Shown piece after piece: positions 10,738 through 21,300 of a stretch of 64,000 bases of DNA. Each line of letters starts with the position of its first letter. Positions within the stretch are counted from its first letter, which is position 1. This DNA comes from an uncultured Clostridia bacterium (GTDB taxonomy: Bacteria; Bacillota; Clostridia; Christensenellales; UBA1242). Below the pieces are notes generated by a model, which made no database searches, had not been told where the DNA came from, and worked only from the letters and a program-made list of their open reading frames with translations. The translations under genes and the position numbers were made by a program. The DNA lies in the NCBI GenBank assembly GCA_944377485.1, contig CALWFB010000005.1, positions 12,236 to 76,235 on the forward strand, in the 5' to 3' direction.

Positions 10738-11661
10738 TTATTTCTTTAAAATTTCTTTTATATTTTTAGCGAGATTCAACATCTCACCTTTTGAAATAAA
10801 TTCGCTATCCTTGTTTAAACTTAATTTTTGTAGTCCATTGATTTTATCCAAATCAATATTTATTAGTCCAAGATTTAAACCTAATCGCAAATTTTTAATA
10901 TGATTTTCTAATTCTATATAATTCATTAAATTAGCAGAATTCAAAATTGCAATGCTTCTGTTGCAATCATCCACTACTTCATCATGATTGCTAACATCAT
11001 ACATTTTAGCACTTTCAATCTCTAAATCTTGCAATTTAGAAACCATTTTGTCAAATTCAGTACAAATTTCATTTTCCGTAAAACCTAAATTACAGATTGT
11101 AGATAGAACATACGTATCTGCAATTTTTTTGTTATCATTTAATCTATATCCTAATTGTCTAACATTGCGCTTGATTTGTTCAATTTTCCCTATTTTTGAT
11201 AATGCTGGCAATGCGATTACACATTCAAGTTTAATACCTGTACCAATATAATTAAGATTGCTCATTAAATATCCATATTGGTCATTGTAAGAAAAACTGA
11301 TTTTATTTGCTAAGAACTTTGCAATATCTAATACCTTTTTGCTGATTGTTTTATCATATCCAACACTCGTTGCCACAATACTGATATGTTCTTCGTTAAA
11401 TAAAGATATACTTAAATTATCCTTTTCACTTATAAACATTGTCTGATAATTAGAATTGAATAGACCATTAACTTTTAAATAATCAATCACTTTACTATCT
11501 GCTGTGGACAAATTGAGTGAACTTAATTTTCCTTTCAGTGCAGATGATAATTTATCTACTATTTCTCCCTTTTTGTCTTCTTCTAGTTTCGGTACAAATT
11601 TATAATCTTTAACATTCCTTAAAACTGTTGCTTTTGTAAAAATAACATTATTCATTTTCAC
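10738..11661 (-). CDS. mcsB: protein arginine kinase McsB-like (ATP:guanido phosphotransferase fold)
   Basis: NEEHISI and SNLNYIGTGIKLECVIALP segments match phosphagen-kinase-like motifs. It sits between mcsA and clpC and overlaps mcsA by 14 nt. Confidence 0.8.
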   Translation of the reverse strand: MKMNNVIFTKATVLRNVKDYKFVPKLEEDKKGEIVDKLSSALKGKLSSLNLSTADSKVIDYLKVNGLFNSNYQTMFISEKDNLSISLFNEEHISIVATSVGYDKTISKKVLDIAKFLANKISFSYNDQYGYLMSNLNYIGTGIKLECVIALPALSKIGKIEQIKRNVRQLGYRLNDNKKIADTYVLSTICNLGFTENEICTEFDKMVSKLQDLEIESAKMYDVSNHDEVVDDCNRSIAILNSANLMNYIELENHIKNLRLGLNLGLINIDLDKINGLQKLSLNKDSEFISKGEMLNLAKNIKEILKK

Positions 11662-12151
11662 TCTCCAATTTTTGAATTTGTTTCTTTATCTTTGCAGCAT
11701 CTTCATATCTTTCTTCTTTTACCGCAAGTGCCATATCTTGACGTAAAGCTGAAATTTTATCCGCCTTGCTTTGTTTTTTATCTGACGATAATTCAAAATC
11801 TTTTAATTTAATGCTATCTTGTTTGTGAGTTTCAAAAGGTGCTATTTTTTTAATAATTGCACTGATTTCATCTCTAAATGCTTCATAACAATTAGGACAA
11901 CCCAATTTTTGAGTGTTTCTATATTCCCTTAAACTTGTTTTACATACTGGACAAACAACATTTTCAACACGTTCAAATGGCAAGAAATCAGCAAAGGCTG
12001 AAAACATATCATCAAATAAACTTGTTGGTTCAGAGTTGAAAACTCCTTCTTTTATTGCACAATCTCTGCATAAATTTCTAGTTTGACTGACACCATTTAC
12101 TATCAAAGTAGAATGATACACACTAGGTTTACCACATTTATCACATTTCAT
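11648..12151 (-). CDS. mcsA: McsA (zinc-finger / UVR-domain activator of McsB)
   Basis: CxxC pairs (CDKCGK, CRDC, CPVC, CPNC) and a C-terminal UVR motif (EERYEDAAKIKKQIQKLE). Confidence 0.85.
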   Translation of the reverse strand: MKCDKCGKPSVYHSTLIVNGVSQTRNLCRDCAIKEGVFNSEPTSLFDDMFSAFADFLPFERVENVVCPVCKTSLREYRNTQKLGCPNCYEAFRDEISAIIKKIAPFETHKQDSIKLKDFELSSDKKQSKADKISALRQDMALAVKEERYEDAAKIKKQIQKLESENE

Positions 12152-12190
12152 AATTTATCTCCTTTTTATTTCCTTTAATTTTATATCTTT

Positions 12191-12679
12191 TTACATCTTT
12201 GAATCTTTTGATAATTCAATTATAACCTGACGCATAATATTTGAACGCAAAGTATTATCAATGTTTATAGGATTATTTAATGCTTTTGCACTAATTGTGC
12301 ATTTTAATAAATTAGCTTCACGTTCGTTTATCAATTTTTTGTCAAACATATTTTGAATTAATTGATTAGCTTCAAGCATTGTCATAGGGTGAGAACATAT
12401 TTCTAAACTATTTTTCAAAAAATTTGATTCATTATCATGCATTCTAGTGAGTTTAATATAACCACTTCCGCCTCGCTGACTTTCAATTACGAATCCTCTA
12501 TTAATTGTAAATCGTGTGTTTAACACATAATTTATCTGGCTAGGAACGCACGAAAAGAATTTCGCCAAATCATTTCTAGACAACTCAATAAAGTCATTAT
12601 CATCTAGACTAGACATTATGAATTGCTCGATTACATCGCTAATACTTCTATTCACACTTTTACCCTCCTTTTCAGTCAT
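12191..12679 (-). CDS. ctsR: class III stress-gene repressor CtsR
   Basis: N-terminal winged-HTH region (SISDVIEQFIMSSL...). It is the first gene of the clpC operon and has a CtsR box upstream. Confidence 0.9.
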   Translation of the reverse strand: MTEKEGKSVNRSISDVIEQFIMSSLDDNDFIELSRNDLAKFFSCVPSQINYVLNTRFTINRGFVIESQRGGSGYIKLTRMHDNESNFLKNSLEICSHPMTMLEANQLIQNMFDKKLINEREANLLKCTISAKALNNPINIDNTLRSNIMRQVIIELSKDSKM

Positions 12680-12753
12680 TTCAAATCAAGAATTTCAAAT
12701 CTTTATCCTAAATATTACATAAATTTTCTAATTCCTTAAAAATTTTTCAAAAA

Positions 12754-12770
12754 TTTGACTTTCTTTGACT
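12754..12770 (-). promoter_or_regulatory. CtsR operator (direct heptad repeat)
   Basis: The plus strand reads TTTGACT-TTC-TTTGACT, which on the gene strand is AGTCAAA-GAA-AGTCAAA. This matches the A/GGTCAAA-NAN-A/GGTCAAA consensus. Confidence 0.85.
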
Positions 12771-12779
12771 TTCGCCGTT

Positions 12780-12808
12780 ATGATACCACTTTATATGCTT
12801 AATGTCAA
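12780..12808 (-). promoter_or_regulatory. sigma-A-type promoter of the ctsR operon
   Basis: On the gene strand: TTGACA (12808-12803), a 17-nt spacer, then TATCAT (12785-12780). The CtsR box begins 9 nt downstream of the -10. Confidence 0.7.
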
Positions 12809-12858
12809 CCAAAATTGCAAACTTTTTCAAAAAAATTAGCAATCTTTTTATGAAACTG

Positions 12859-14670
12859 CTAATTTTTCTTGTTAAAATGTTCATAAATATTCTTTGCAGT
12901 ATGCTTACTCATACCTTTAATGCTCTCAATTTCTGATAAAGGAGCATTTTTTATATTTTCAATCGTTCTAAACTTTGATAGCAATGCCCGGCGAGTTGCT
13001 GGTCCTACTCCTTCAATAGATTCTAGACCTCCTTTAAACATACCTTTTGCCCTTAATTGACGATTAAATGTAATTGCAAATCTGTGGGCTTCATCACGTA
13101 CTAATTGTATTAAACGCAGTGAATAACTGCCCTTTTTTAAAATATATGGTCTGCTTTCATGTGGTTTAAACACTTCTTCTTCTCTTTTTGCTAAACTTAT
13201 TAAGTCGTGTGGATAATTGTATTGTTCCATAACTTCTGTTGCAATACTAAGTTGTCCTTTTCCGCCATCTATTACTATTAAATCTGGCATACTTGAAAAA
13301 CTAATATCATCACTTGTCAATTTTTCCATTCTTCTAGTCAAAACCTCTCGCATAGACGCAAAATCATCTATGAAATCGACCGTTTCAATCTTAAATTTTC
13401 GATACATTGAAGGAGCTTTTTCTCCATTGATTAACACGGACATACTTGCAACAGTATAAGTACCATATGTGTGAGAAATATCATAACATTCTATGCGTTT
13501 TGGTTCTCGTGACAAAGATAAATCATTCTTTAATTGTTTTACTGCACCAATGCTGGCATTTATATTTTTTATAGTTTTATCTAAATTCTTTTCTATATGC
13601 ATTCGTGCATTTTTATCTGCAATATTTAGTAATTGATATTTCACGCTATCAATTACTGGCTTTGTGACAATTATCTTTTTCTTCGATTTATCTTGCAGAT
13701 ATAGTTCAATTTCACTGCTATCGATATTAGGCATAATTATTTCGTCTACAATTAATGGATTAGTATTATAATATTGCATAATAAATTGCGTATAAGCTTC
13801 ATTTTCATCTAAATAGTTTAGAATGTCAAATGTGCGTACACCTTGAAGTTTACCACCACGAATGTTTAACACACACATGGCTGAGTATTCCCCACTGGTG
13901 ACAAGATTAAATACATCATAATCAACCAAACTTCCCAAACTTGTAATAACTCTTGACTGCAATTTGTCTAACATCTTCAATCTATCACGTAAAATCAAGG
14001 CTGTTTCAAAATTTTCATTTTTTGCCGCCAGTTCCATTTTTGACTTTAAAATTTCTTCTACTCGCTTTGTATCTCCCTTTAAAAATCTAATGGCTTCGTT
14101 GACAATTTCCATATAATCTTGTTTACTGATAAGTTTTGCACAAGGTGCACTGCATAGATGCATTTCATAAAATAAACATGGTTTTATTGCCTTTTTATTG
14201 ACTGATAATGGAAGTTTACACTTTCGCAAAGGAAATGCATAATCTATAATTGAGATTATATCTTTTGCCGTCACACCAGCCATGAATGGACCAAAATATT
14301 TATCATTTTTATTCAATTTTCTAGATATTTCAAAATGCGGATAATCTTCTTTTAGATTTATTTTGATATATGCATATGTCTTGCTGTCTTTCAATAAAAT
14401 GTTGTAATATGGTTTGTGCTTTTTTATAAGGGTATTTTCTAGTGCTAATGCTTCTACTTCGTCATTAACAACAAAAAAATCAAAATCCGCCACCTTACTG
14501 ACCATGTTCCTAACTTTTATATGTTCTTGTTTGCGCAAAAAATATTGGCTGACACGCTTTTTTAAATTTTTTGCCTTGCCTACGTAAATGACGTTTTCGT
14601 CAGCATCTTTCATTATATACACTCCCGCTTCATTCGGAAGTCTTTTAATCTTATCTTTTATAATGTCCAT
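12859..14670 (-). CDS. uvrC: excinuclease ABC subunit C
   Basis: GIY-YIG N-terminus (GVYIMKD...VIYVGKAKNLKKRVSQYF), a UVR domain, an endonuclease V-like domain and a C-terminal HhH pair. Confidence 0.95.
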   Translation of the reverse strand: MDIIKDKIKRLPNEAGVYIMKDADENVIYVGKAKNLKKRVSQYFLRKQEHIKVRNMVSKVADFDFFVVNDEVEALALENTLIKKHKPYYNILLKDSKTYAYIKINLKEDYPHFEISRKLNKNDKYFGPFMAGVTAKDIISIIDYAFPLRKCKLPLSVNKKAIKPCLFYEMHLCSAPCAKLISKQDYMEIVNEAIRFLKGDTKRVEEILKSKMELAAKNENFETALILRDRLKMLDKLQSRVITSLGSLVDYDVFNLVTSGEYSAMCVLNIRGGKLQGVRTFDILNYLDENEAYTQFIMQYYNTNPLIVDEIIMPNIDSSEIELYLQDKSKKKIIVTKPVIDSVKYQLLNIADKNARMHIEKNLDKTIKNINASIGAVKQLKNDLSLSREPKRIECYDISHTYGTYTVASMSVLINGEKAPSMYRKFKIETVDFIDDFASMREVLTRRMEKLTSDDISFSSMPDLIVIDGGKGQLSIATEVMEQYNYPHDLISLAKREEEVFKPHESRPYILKKGSYSLRLIQLVRDEAHRFAITFNRQLRAKGMFKGGLESIEGVGPATRRALLSKFRTIENIKNAPLSEIESIKGMSKHTAKNIYEHFNKKN

Positions 14671-14747
14671 ATAAATATTATAACATAATTTTTTACTTAT
14701 TTAAAGTTATTTAAAATATTTTAACTCTCTTTCTCATACAATTAGAT

Positions 14748-15659
14748 ATGAAATGGTTGAAAAAATATTGGTTTAAATTATTAAATATCATTATTATAAT
14801 AGTACTAGCTATTTATGTTTCTAGCGTTGCAATAAAACGTGCAAAAGATTATGAAATCTATAAAGAACCAGAAATTGAAACAAAAATATATACAGTTTGG
14901 CATATAGAAACATTTGAAGGCGGAGGTGTTCCTAGAATAAATTATCTAAAAAAAATAGCACGTTCTATTGAAAAAGAAAATGATGGAATTTTATTTATGA
15001 TTAAAGAGATTGATGCTGACAACCTTGCTGATGAATTAGAGAGTTCTATCCCTGATATCATTTCTTTTGGTTTTGGTGTGGGTAGTATAGTTTTACCTCA
15101 TTTGATAGACTTTGAAAATAGTTATGATATCCGAGATGAACTATTAATAAGTGGTGGTTTCAACAATAAATTCTATGCCTTACCCTATATAGCTAGCGGA
15201 TATGCAGTGATTACTCATGGAGTTTTAAATGACAACTTTCATTGTGGCACCACTGGATATACTAAACCTGAAAATTTATTTTCCACATTGAATATTAATA
15301 TCAGTGTAATTGAAACACAATATGAAGCCTACAAATCCTTTGTATATGATGAAAATACTTGTCTATTAGGAACTGGAAGAGATGTATATAGAGTTAACAA
15401 TCTAAACAAAATTGGTAGAGCAAATGCAAACATCACTCCTATTGATAGTTATACCGATTTAATTCAATATATTGGTGTCAGTAAAAGCGATAAATATATT
15501 GATAATTTTGTATCCGAATTAATTAGTAATGAAAATCAAATGGAATTAAATAAATATTCATTGTATAGTGTTAAGTATAACAAAATATATTCTGACGGAA
15601 TATATAGTGATATGGAAAATGCTATATTTAATTGTACTATTCCTAATGTTTTTGGTTAA
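14748..15659 (+). CDS. hypothetical membrane-anchored extracytoplasmic protein
   Basis: One N-terminal TM helix (LLNIIIIIVLAIYVSSVAI) followed by a soluble domain of about 270 aa. No family recognised. Confidence 0.55.
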   Translation: MKWLKKYWFKLLNIIIIIVLAIYVSSVAIKRAKDYEIYKEPEIETKIYTVWHIETFEGGGVPRINYLKKIARSIEKENDGILFMIKEIDADNLADELESSIPDIISFGFGVGSIVLPHLIDFENSYDIRDELLISGGFNNKFYALPYIASGYAVITHGVLNDNFHCGTTGYTKPENLFSTLNINISVIETQYEAYKSFVYDENTCLLGTGRDVYRVNNLNKIGRANANITPIDSYTDLIQYIGVSKSDKYIDNFVSELISNENQMELNKYSLYSVKYNKIYSDGIYSDMENAIFNCTIPNVFG

Positions 15660-15660
15660 T

Positions 15661-16539
15661 ATGAAAAAATTTAAAGATTCAATATATATTCAAAATACAG
15701 ATTTAAAAGATTATTGCACTTTTAAGATTGGAGGAAAAGCCAAGCATCTTTTCATAGTATATTCAATCAGCTCTCTACTTAATGTGTGTTCATATTGTAA
15801 TACACACAACATAAAGTATAAAATAATAGGACAGGGTTCAAACCTTTTATTCGATGACAAGGGATATAATGGTGCAATCATTGTAAATAAAAGTGATAAA
15901 TTTATATTTCGAAAATCAAATTTATATGTTGATTCTGGTGTCAATATTAATACAATTATTAATGCTTCAATCAATAAAAATTTGTCAGGATTAGAGTGTT
16001 TTGCTGGTATTCCTTCTAGTGTTGGTGGTGCAGTAGTAAATTCGCTCGGTGCCTTTAATCATCAAATCTCTGACATAGTCGAATACGTCATTTGCTATCA
16101 AAAAAATAATTTAAAAAAACGAATAGTGTTAAAAAAAGACAAGTGTAATTTTGGATATCGTAATAGCATATTTAAAAATGATAATTACATTATTACACGA
16201 GTTAAATTTACGTTGAATTTTGATAAAAAATCTTCGATTATTCAGCGAATGAAATCTTCTTTAAATAAGAAACTAATCAGTCAACCTATGAGCGATTATT
16301 CAGCTGGAAGCGTATTCAAACGCTCTACCCTAATTCCTGCTAAAATCATTGATGAATTGGGTTTAAAAGGCAAAAAAATCGGTGATGCAGAGATTTCAAC
16401 CAAGCATGCTGGATTTATAATTAATACTGCCAATGCAAAATCAAAAGATGTACTCAGTTTGGTCGATTATATCAACAATCTTGTATATAACGAGTATAAA
16501 CAAAAATTCGATTTAGAAATTGAATATGTTCCATATTAA
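15661..16539 (+). CDS. murB: UDP-N-acetylenolpyruvoylglucosamine reductase
   Basis: MurB-type N-terminus (LKDYCTFKIGGKAKHLF), an FAD-binding fold and a C-terminal MurB domain (AGSVFKR, GDAEISTKHAGFIIN). The homologous region starts at Met32 of the track ORF. Confidence 0.9.
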   Translation: MKKFKDSIYIQNTDLKDYCTFKIGGKAKHLFIVYSISSLLNVCSYCNTHNIKYKIIGQGSNLLFDDKGYNGAIIVNKSDKFIFRKSNLYVDSGVNINTIINASINKNLSGLECFAGIPSSVGGAVVNSLGAFNHQISDIVEYVICYQKNNLKKRIVLKKDKCNFGYRNSIFKNDNYIITRVKFTLNFDKKSSIIQRMKSSLNKKLISQPMSDYSAGSVFKRSTLIPAKIIDELGLKGKKIGDAEISTKHAGFIINTANAKSKDVLSLVDYINNLVYNEYKQKFDLEIEYVPY

Positions 16540-16593
16540 TATATGGCATTCTTAATTTTGCCATTTTTTGCCAAGACAATAAAAAAGAAATTG

Positions 16594-16622
16594 TTGACTT
16601 ATTTTTTATGTAGAGATATAAT
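16594..16622 (+). promoter_or_regulatory. sigma-A-type promoter upstream of the PHP-whiA-dnaE unit
   Basis: TTGACT, a 17-nt spacer, then TATAAT. Confidence 0.6.
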
Positions 16623-16640
16623 AACAGCAAGGAGAAAATT

Positions 16641-17420
16641 ATGGCATTACTTGCTGATTATCATACACATACGAAATATTCTCGCAACCATCATGGCAAA
16701 GGGACTATTGATGAGAATGTTCGTGCTGCATATGAAAAAGGACTTCGTCAAATCGCTATTACCGACCATGGCTTCAATCAAAAAATGTATGGTGTTCGTA
16801 GAAAAGACATTCCAAATGTAAAAAAAGATATTGAAGAAGCAAAAGAACGCTATCCTATTGATGTATTGTTGGGTGTTGAAGCGAACCTCATTTCTAGTAA
16901 AGGTGAAATTGATATTGTTGATTCCGACTACGAAAATCTAGATATTTTGTTATGTGGTTTCCATAGATTAGTAAAATCTACAAGTACTCGTGAACAATTT
17001 GGCTTCGTCCTAAAAAATATTTTTTGTGAAATTTTTCATCATACAAGTAAAAAACAACGTGAAAAGAATACAAATGCTTATATTAATGCAATGCGCAAAT
17101 ATAAAATTGATATCATCACTCACTTGAATCATGTTTGTAAAGTTGATGTAGAAAAGGTTGCTCGTGTAGCAAAAGAAACTGGTACTTTGATTGAACTAAA
17201 CGGAAAACGTTTAGGCATGAGTGATGAAGAAATTTTAACTTGTTATAATCTTGGTTGCAAATTTGTTATAAATTCTGATGCCCACTCCCCTGACAGAGTT
17301 GGTGAATGTCATCTTGGATTGGAAGCTGCATTAAGACTTCGAATCCCTGATAGTGCAATAGTGAATTATAACGATTTGCTAATTACGAAAAAAGAAAAAC
17401 ATCAAAAGAAAAGGAGTTAA
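16641..17420 (+). CDS. PHP-domain phosphoesterase (histidinol-phosphatase family)
   Basis: N-terminal ADYHTHTKYS metal-binding motif, later ITDHG, HLNH and NSDAH motifs. Confidence 0.8.
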   Translation: MALLADYHTHTKYSRNHHGKGTIDENVRAAYEKGLRQIAITDHGFNQKMYGVRRKDIPNVKKDIEEAKERYPIDVLLGVEANLISSKGEIDIVDSDYENLDILLCGFHRLVKSTSTREQFGFVLKNIFCEIFHHTSKKQREKNTNAYINAMRKYKIDIITHLNHVCKVDVEKVARVAKETGTLIELNGKRLGMSDEEILTCYNLGCKFVINSDAHSPDRVGECHLGLEAALRLRIPDSAIVNYNDLLITKKEKHQKKRS

Positions 17421-18316
17421 TGAACATGTACGACTGCAAAACTAAAATTCTTTCTAGCATCCCTGACAACTCGTGTTGCAGTCTGAGTTTCATTAATATT
17501 GTTTTTTACTCTTGTGCCCACATTGATGCAAACAACTCTACTATTCTAATCAATTCAAGATTAGATATATTAGATAAAGTTAAAAATATTATCAATAACT
17601 TCTACCCTAATATTGATATTAATGTTTGGGATAATTTTTTGTTGCTAAAAGGAAATTTGTATAACCTATTAGTTGATTGCAACTTTAATGAAAATGGAAA
17701 ACCTGAATTAACTCTTTTCACCAATGAATGTGACAAACTAACTATTCTTAAAACTATCTTTTTAACCAGCGGAAATTTCTATTACAACCAAGATAATAAT
17801 AAAAATTCAAAAGGTTATAATTTTGAAATAGTTATTAAAGATGAAAATGTGGCTGATTATGTTTTAAGTTTATTTAAAGAGTTTGATTTTGAATTAAAAA
17901 AGATAAAACGAAACAACAATTTCGTAATTTATACAAAGAATAGTAATACAATATGTGATATTTTTGTTAAATTTTCTGATGTTAAAACAGCATTGGATAT
18001 ACAAAATAACCTTGCTATGCGAGAGATGCGAAATAGCGCCAATAGACAAAATAATTGTTTTGAATCAAATCTTGATAAAACCATTGATGCAAGCAGCACT
18101 CAAATGACTGCAATAAATTACATTTTAAATAATTATTCACTAGATATCTTAGATGATAATCTAAAAGAAGTTGCTCTGGCTAGAATTGCTAATCCAGATG
18201 TGTCACTTAGCGAATTGCGTACTCTACTAAATGATAAAATTAGCAGAGCAGGAATAAAATATCGACTAGATAAGATAATTGCTATCTATAAAAAACTAAA
18301 AGGAGAAGAAAAATGA
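17420..18316 (+). CDS. whiA: DNA-binding protein WhiA
   Basis: Degenerate LAGLIDADG-like N-terminal domains and a C-terminal HTH. The conserved segment is REMRNSANRQNNCFESNLDKTIDASSTQMTAINYI. The start overlaps the PHP gene stop (TAATG). Confidence 0.9.
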   Translation: MNMYDCKTKILSSIPDNSCCSLSFINIVFYSCAHIDANNSTILINSRLDILDKVKNIINNFYPNIDINVWDNFLLLKGNLYNLLVDCNFNENGKPELTLFTNECDKLTILKTIFLTSGNFYYNQDNNKNSKGYNFEIVIKDENVADYVLSLFKEFDFELKKIKRNNNFVIYTKNSNTICDIFVKFSDVKTALDIQNNLAMREMRNSANRQNNCFESNLDKTIDASSTQMTAINYILNNYSLDILDDNLKEVALARIANPDVSLSELRTLLNDKISRAGIKYRLDKIIAIYKKLKGEEK

Positions 18317-21300
18317 AACCATTTGTTCATTTGCATGTACATACTGAATATTCGTTGCTTGATGGTGCTGCAAGAATAAAAAAATTAGTAAAACTTGCAA
18401 AAGAATACAATATGCCTGCCGTTGCAATCACCGACCATGGCAATATGTATGGTGCTATTCATTTTTTCAATGCCTGCAAAAAAGAAGGAATTAAACCTAT
18501 ATTTGGTACAGAATTTTATGTAGCAGAAGATTTAACTGTAAAAACAGGCAAGTCCAAACTCTCACATCTAATTATTCTTGCAAAAGATGAACAAGGCTAT
18601 AAAAATTTGTGTTTATTGAATTCTATCGCTTTCAGAGATGGCTATTATTACAAACCTCGTATAGATTACCCCACTTTAAAAGAACATAGCGAAGGACTAA
18701 TTTGTTTGTCGGCATGTCTTGCAGGTGACATACCAAAACTAATTATACAAGAGCAATATCAAAAAGCAGAAGAATTAATTCTTTGGTTTAAATCTGTATT
18801 TAAAGATGATTTTTACTTAGAAATGCAACATAATGGGATTGCTGAACAAGAAATTGTAAACTCAAAATTACGAGAGTTTTCAAAAAAATTGAATGTAAAA
18901 TTAGTAGCGACCAATGATGTTCACTATTTGTTTAAAGAAGATGCCGAGATGCAGGACGTGTTGATGTGTGTTGCTATGCAAAAATTTGTTGACGACCCTG
19001 ATAGACTAAAATTCCCAACTGATGAATTGTATTTCAAAACTTATGAACAAATGTTAGAAGGCTTTCCAAACGATGAAGAAGCTTTGAACAACACTTTGGA
19101 AATAGCTGAAAAATGTAATTATAGTTTTGATGAATATGACAAAGGTATCTACCACTTCCCTAGCTACGAACCTGCTGGCGGATACAATGAAGTGGATGGA
19201 AAAACACCAAAAGAATATCTATTGAACCTTGTAGATAAAGGTATAAAGAAAAAATATGGTGAACACACTGAACAAATTAGAGAACGTCTAGATAGAGAAA
19301 TTTCGGTAATAGAAAAACAAGGATTTATAGAATACTTCCTAATTGTATGGGATTATATCAATGCGGCAAAAAATATGGGCATATCAGTAGGCCCAGGACG
19401 TGGTTCTGGTGCTGGTTCTCTTGTCGCTTATAGCATGGGTATTACCAATATTGACCCTTTAAAATATGACCTATATTTTGAACGCTTTTTGAATACTGAA
19501 CGTGTTTCTGCCCCAGATTTCGATATCGACTTTGAAGATGTTAGACGAGATGAAGTGATTGATTACGTGACAAAAAAATACGGAAAAGACAGAGTTATAC
19601 GAATCATCACTTTTGGTACGATGAAAGCAAAAAATGCCATCAAAGATGTTGGTAGAGTTCTAAGAGTGCCCTACTCCGTTTGCGACAAAATTACAAAAAA
19701 TATCCCAATGTATAAATCTCCAATACTACCTAAATGTTTTGGTTTTCATGTTCCAAAAGAAGGAGACAAAGATTTTGGAACTGTCTATGCTGTGCCTGAA
19801 CTGGTAGAAATGTATAATTCTGACCCTCAAATCAAAAAAATGGTCGACATTGCATTAAAAGTTGAAGATTTCCCTCGCCAGAGTTCAATCCACCCTTGTG
19901 GTGTAATAATTGGAGCGGACGTACTTGATAAATTTGTTCCTTTAAGTAGAAATGCTGATATCATTTCCACTCAGTATGAAGGTGCTGATATGGAAAAATT
20001 GGGACATCTAAAAATGGATTTCCTGGGCTTGACCAACTTAACTGATATTAAGGGTGCCATAAAACTTATTAAAAAGAATTATGGCATCGATATCGATTTT
20101 GACAAATGTACTTATGATGACCCTAATGTCTTCAAATTGATTTCAACAGGAAATACTGATGGAATATTCCAAATTGAATCGGCAGGATTTAAAAAATTCT
20201 TAAAAGAATTACAACCTACCTGTATAGAAGATATTGTCGCTGCTGTGTCGCTTTACCGCCCTGGTCCAATGGACAGCATCCCAAGATATGTACACAACAA
20301 GCACCACCCAGAAGATACCACATATGACCACCCTATTTTAGAGCCAATTTTGAAAGTGACATATGGTTGTATAGTTTATCAAGAACAAGTAATGAGAATA
20401 TGCCAAGATATGGCAGGATTCTCTCTTGGACAGGCGGATATGATTAGACGTGCAATGGGCAAAAAGAAAATGGAAGAAATGTTAAAATGGAAAGAAGCAT
20501 TTTTACATGGTCGAGAAGCATACACTGACAATCATGGCAAATACAATCCTCCAATTATAGGTGCGATAAATAATGGCGTCAGCGAAGAAGTTGCTAATAA
20601 AATTTGGGGGGAAATGGAATCGTTTGCTTCATATGCTTTCAATAAATCTCATGCTGCTGCGTATTCATTCATAACTTATCAAACTGCATATTTAAAAACA
20701 TATTACAAATTAGAGTTTATTACAGCAATCTTAAATAATAAATTTGCAAAACCTGATAAATTGAAATACTATATAGCTTATGCGAAACAAGAAAAGATTT
20801 CAATACTCCCTCCTGATATAAATTTAAGCAACACCTATTTTGACACAGATGGAAAAACAATAAGATATGGTCTAGCGGCTCTTAAAAATGTTGGCATAGG
20901 AGTTGTAGAAGAAATTATTAAGGAACGAAATGAAAATGGTCCATTTAAAGACCTGTCAGATTTCATTTGGCGTGCCAGTTCACAGGCTCTTAATAAACGT
21001 TGTATTGAATCGTTAATTAAAGCGGGCGCATTTGATTGCTTTAATCGTCCTAGAAGTCATTTAATGGCTGTATATAGTATAATGGTAGATAGAGCTATTG
21101 AAAGAAAGAAAAAATCAATGAATGGTCAAATGGACTTGTTCGGAGATTTCATAGAAGATACTAGTTTGATTGAAGAAAATGAATATCCAAATATTAACGA
21201 ATATGTAAATCAAATTAAACTGCAATACGAAAAAGAAATTGCAGGCACATATCTATCTGGTCACCCTCTAGATGAATTCATGAATTCAATTAAAAATTTC

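Noticed and set aside
16543-16821. 92-aa ORF overlapping the promoter and 5' end of the PHP gene.
   Set aside because: It covers a consensus TTGACT-17-TATAAT promoter and is out of frame with the recognisable PHP protein.
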